A stretch of 64,000 nt of DNA from the NCBI GenBank assembly GCA_051294375.1, contig CM119265.1, forward strand, positions 964,089-1,028,088, read 5' to 3'. Both the position numbers and the translations under genes were made by a program. Every line of letters begins with the position of its first letter. Within the stretch, counting starts at the first letter, position 1. Shown in pieces: positions 62,597 through 64,000 of this stretch. A model generated the notes under the pieces. It saw nothing but the letters and a program-made list of their open reading frames with translations, was not told the origin of the DNA and did not search any database. Origin of the DNA: Paraspadella gotoi (taxonomy: Eukaryota; Animalia; Chaetognatha).

Positions 62597-63356
62597 AATA
62601 TGAACTAAATTTTTTTAGTCGGATCTGCTTACAGCAGATCCCGACTCTATAAAGTATAATCCACTCAATCTTGTCGAATTATAATAAATTATGCAAAAAA
62701 AAAAAAAAAAAAAATGATGTCCGTCCGTCCCCCTTAGCAAAAAACTTCAATTACTCGTGATTGGATGGATGGATTGAAATGAAATTTTGTGTGTGGGTAG
62801 GGAAGTGTGTGAATCACAAACTTATTCTGTCTGTCCCTAACTTAGCCTCTCTTCACCATTGAACACTGTCCTTTCTCAACTCTGTGTTGGAAAACTTTGC
62901 CCTCCCTCTGTTTGACTTTCTCTCTCTCTCTCTCTCTCTCCCCCTTCTTTATGCACAAAGTTCGAAATGTGAACCGAAACATGTCCGTTTTTCAATTAAT
63001 AAACTCAATAAATTCAATTTTTTCTCTATAAGTTGTCGATTTGTATGAAATTGGTGCAACCAATTGGTGGTTCAAGGCCTTCATCACTATTACAAGATAA
63101 TGACATTGCAGGTCCCTGCAAGCTTCAATCAAGACTCTCCTTAGAATGAAACTCCAATTAATCATGATTATATCAAACTTTTTAAAAGCCAAATGAATCT
63201 AGCTGAACCACTGGCAAAAACCAGTTTTAACACTTGAAAAATATTGAGAGAAAAAAAAAAAACCACGCCCCAAAATTAAAAGGAAATATCAATACCCGAT
63301 CTTCAATTTATTTTCTTCCTAATCCCAATTATCAATTCATCGAATTTAACTCAACA

Positions 63357-63556
63357 ATGAACTCGGACAAGCCGGACGTGTACTCGCGCCACAATCAACT
63401 CCAACGCCATTACGCCAGGATTCCCTGGCGCGAGTTGAGACGGTCCGTAGACACGTTGCCCGGTTTCGATCGTGTCTTGGATTTGGGTTGTGGCAGCGGA
63501 GAAGTCACCAGGAATTTGGCAGAATTTCTAGCTGATCTCCCGAGGAAAGATGGAAG
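63357..63556 (+). CDS. First coding exon of a class I SAM-dependent methyltransferase, juvenile hormone acid O-methyltransferase-like (continues beyond window)
   Basis: MNSDKPDVYSRHNQLQRHYA...DRVLDLGCGSGEVTRNL has SAM-binding motif I plus a JHAMT-type N-terminal Y...N.LQ segment. It ends at donor AG|GTAAAT. Confidence 0.72.
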
Positions 63557-63566
63557 GTAAATAACA

Positions 63567-63607
<41 letters not shown>

Positions 63608-64000
63608 CTGAAATAAAAGAGACAATTTGACAATTAAGACAATAAGAAGATTAAACGATTAAACGATGAGTATTGAGCAAGAAAAATTGCACTAATGGCA
63701 CTAAAAATAAAATTCAAACAATTAAGGATCATTGCGGACATTGCAAATTGGAAAAGTATTAAATATATCAATGAAAATCATGAGTGAATTTTAGCATTAC
63801 ACTAGGCCATTTGCTATTTTTTTTTTTTTTTAGTCATAGACAGAAACTTGGCAAATGAAAAAAAAGTAAATACTATCATTATGGTACCTAACATTTATAC
63901 TAGGCCATTGCCTCTTTTATGGTGAACTAAAATCCACTGACCGTTGATCAGCGGCCATTGGTACAGGAGGCCTGCAGGTCATTCACCTCCCAGTCCAATG

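Overview
Eukaryotic, intron-rich, AT-rich animal DNA, not prokaryotic. It is probably from a protostome and likely an arthropod, judged from miR-279-family hairpins, a pacifastin-like gene and a JHAMT-like gene; the species cannot be determined. Spliced genes reconstructed by hand from GT-AG junctions and reading phase: the 3' end of an unknown + strand gene, MNS1 (-), CHTOP (+), a divergent Rho GTPase (+), an SLC17/sialin-like transporter (+), a ~1,770-aa caspase-fold protein lacking the catalytic Cys (+), a single-HMG-box protein with a decayed Ty3/gypsy element in intron 1 (+), a secreted pacifastin-like protein (-) and the first exon of a JHAMT-like methyltransferase (+). The most notable signals missed by the ORF track are a cluster of four miR-279-family pre-miRNA hairpins (1542-2153), the giant pseudo-caspase (QACRG replaced by QLSRS), and non-autonomous Penelope-like remnants carrying minimal hammerhead ribozyme motifs. 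There are three N gaps and one fold-back duplication that is probably an artefact. All identifications come from recalled family motifs, not database searches.
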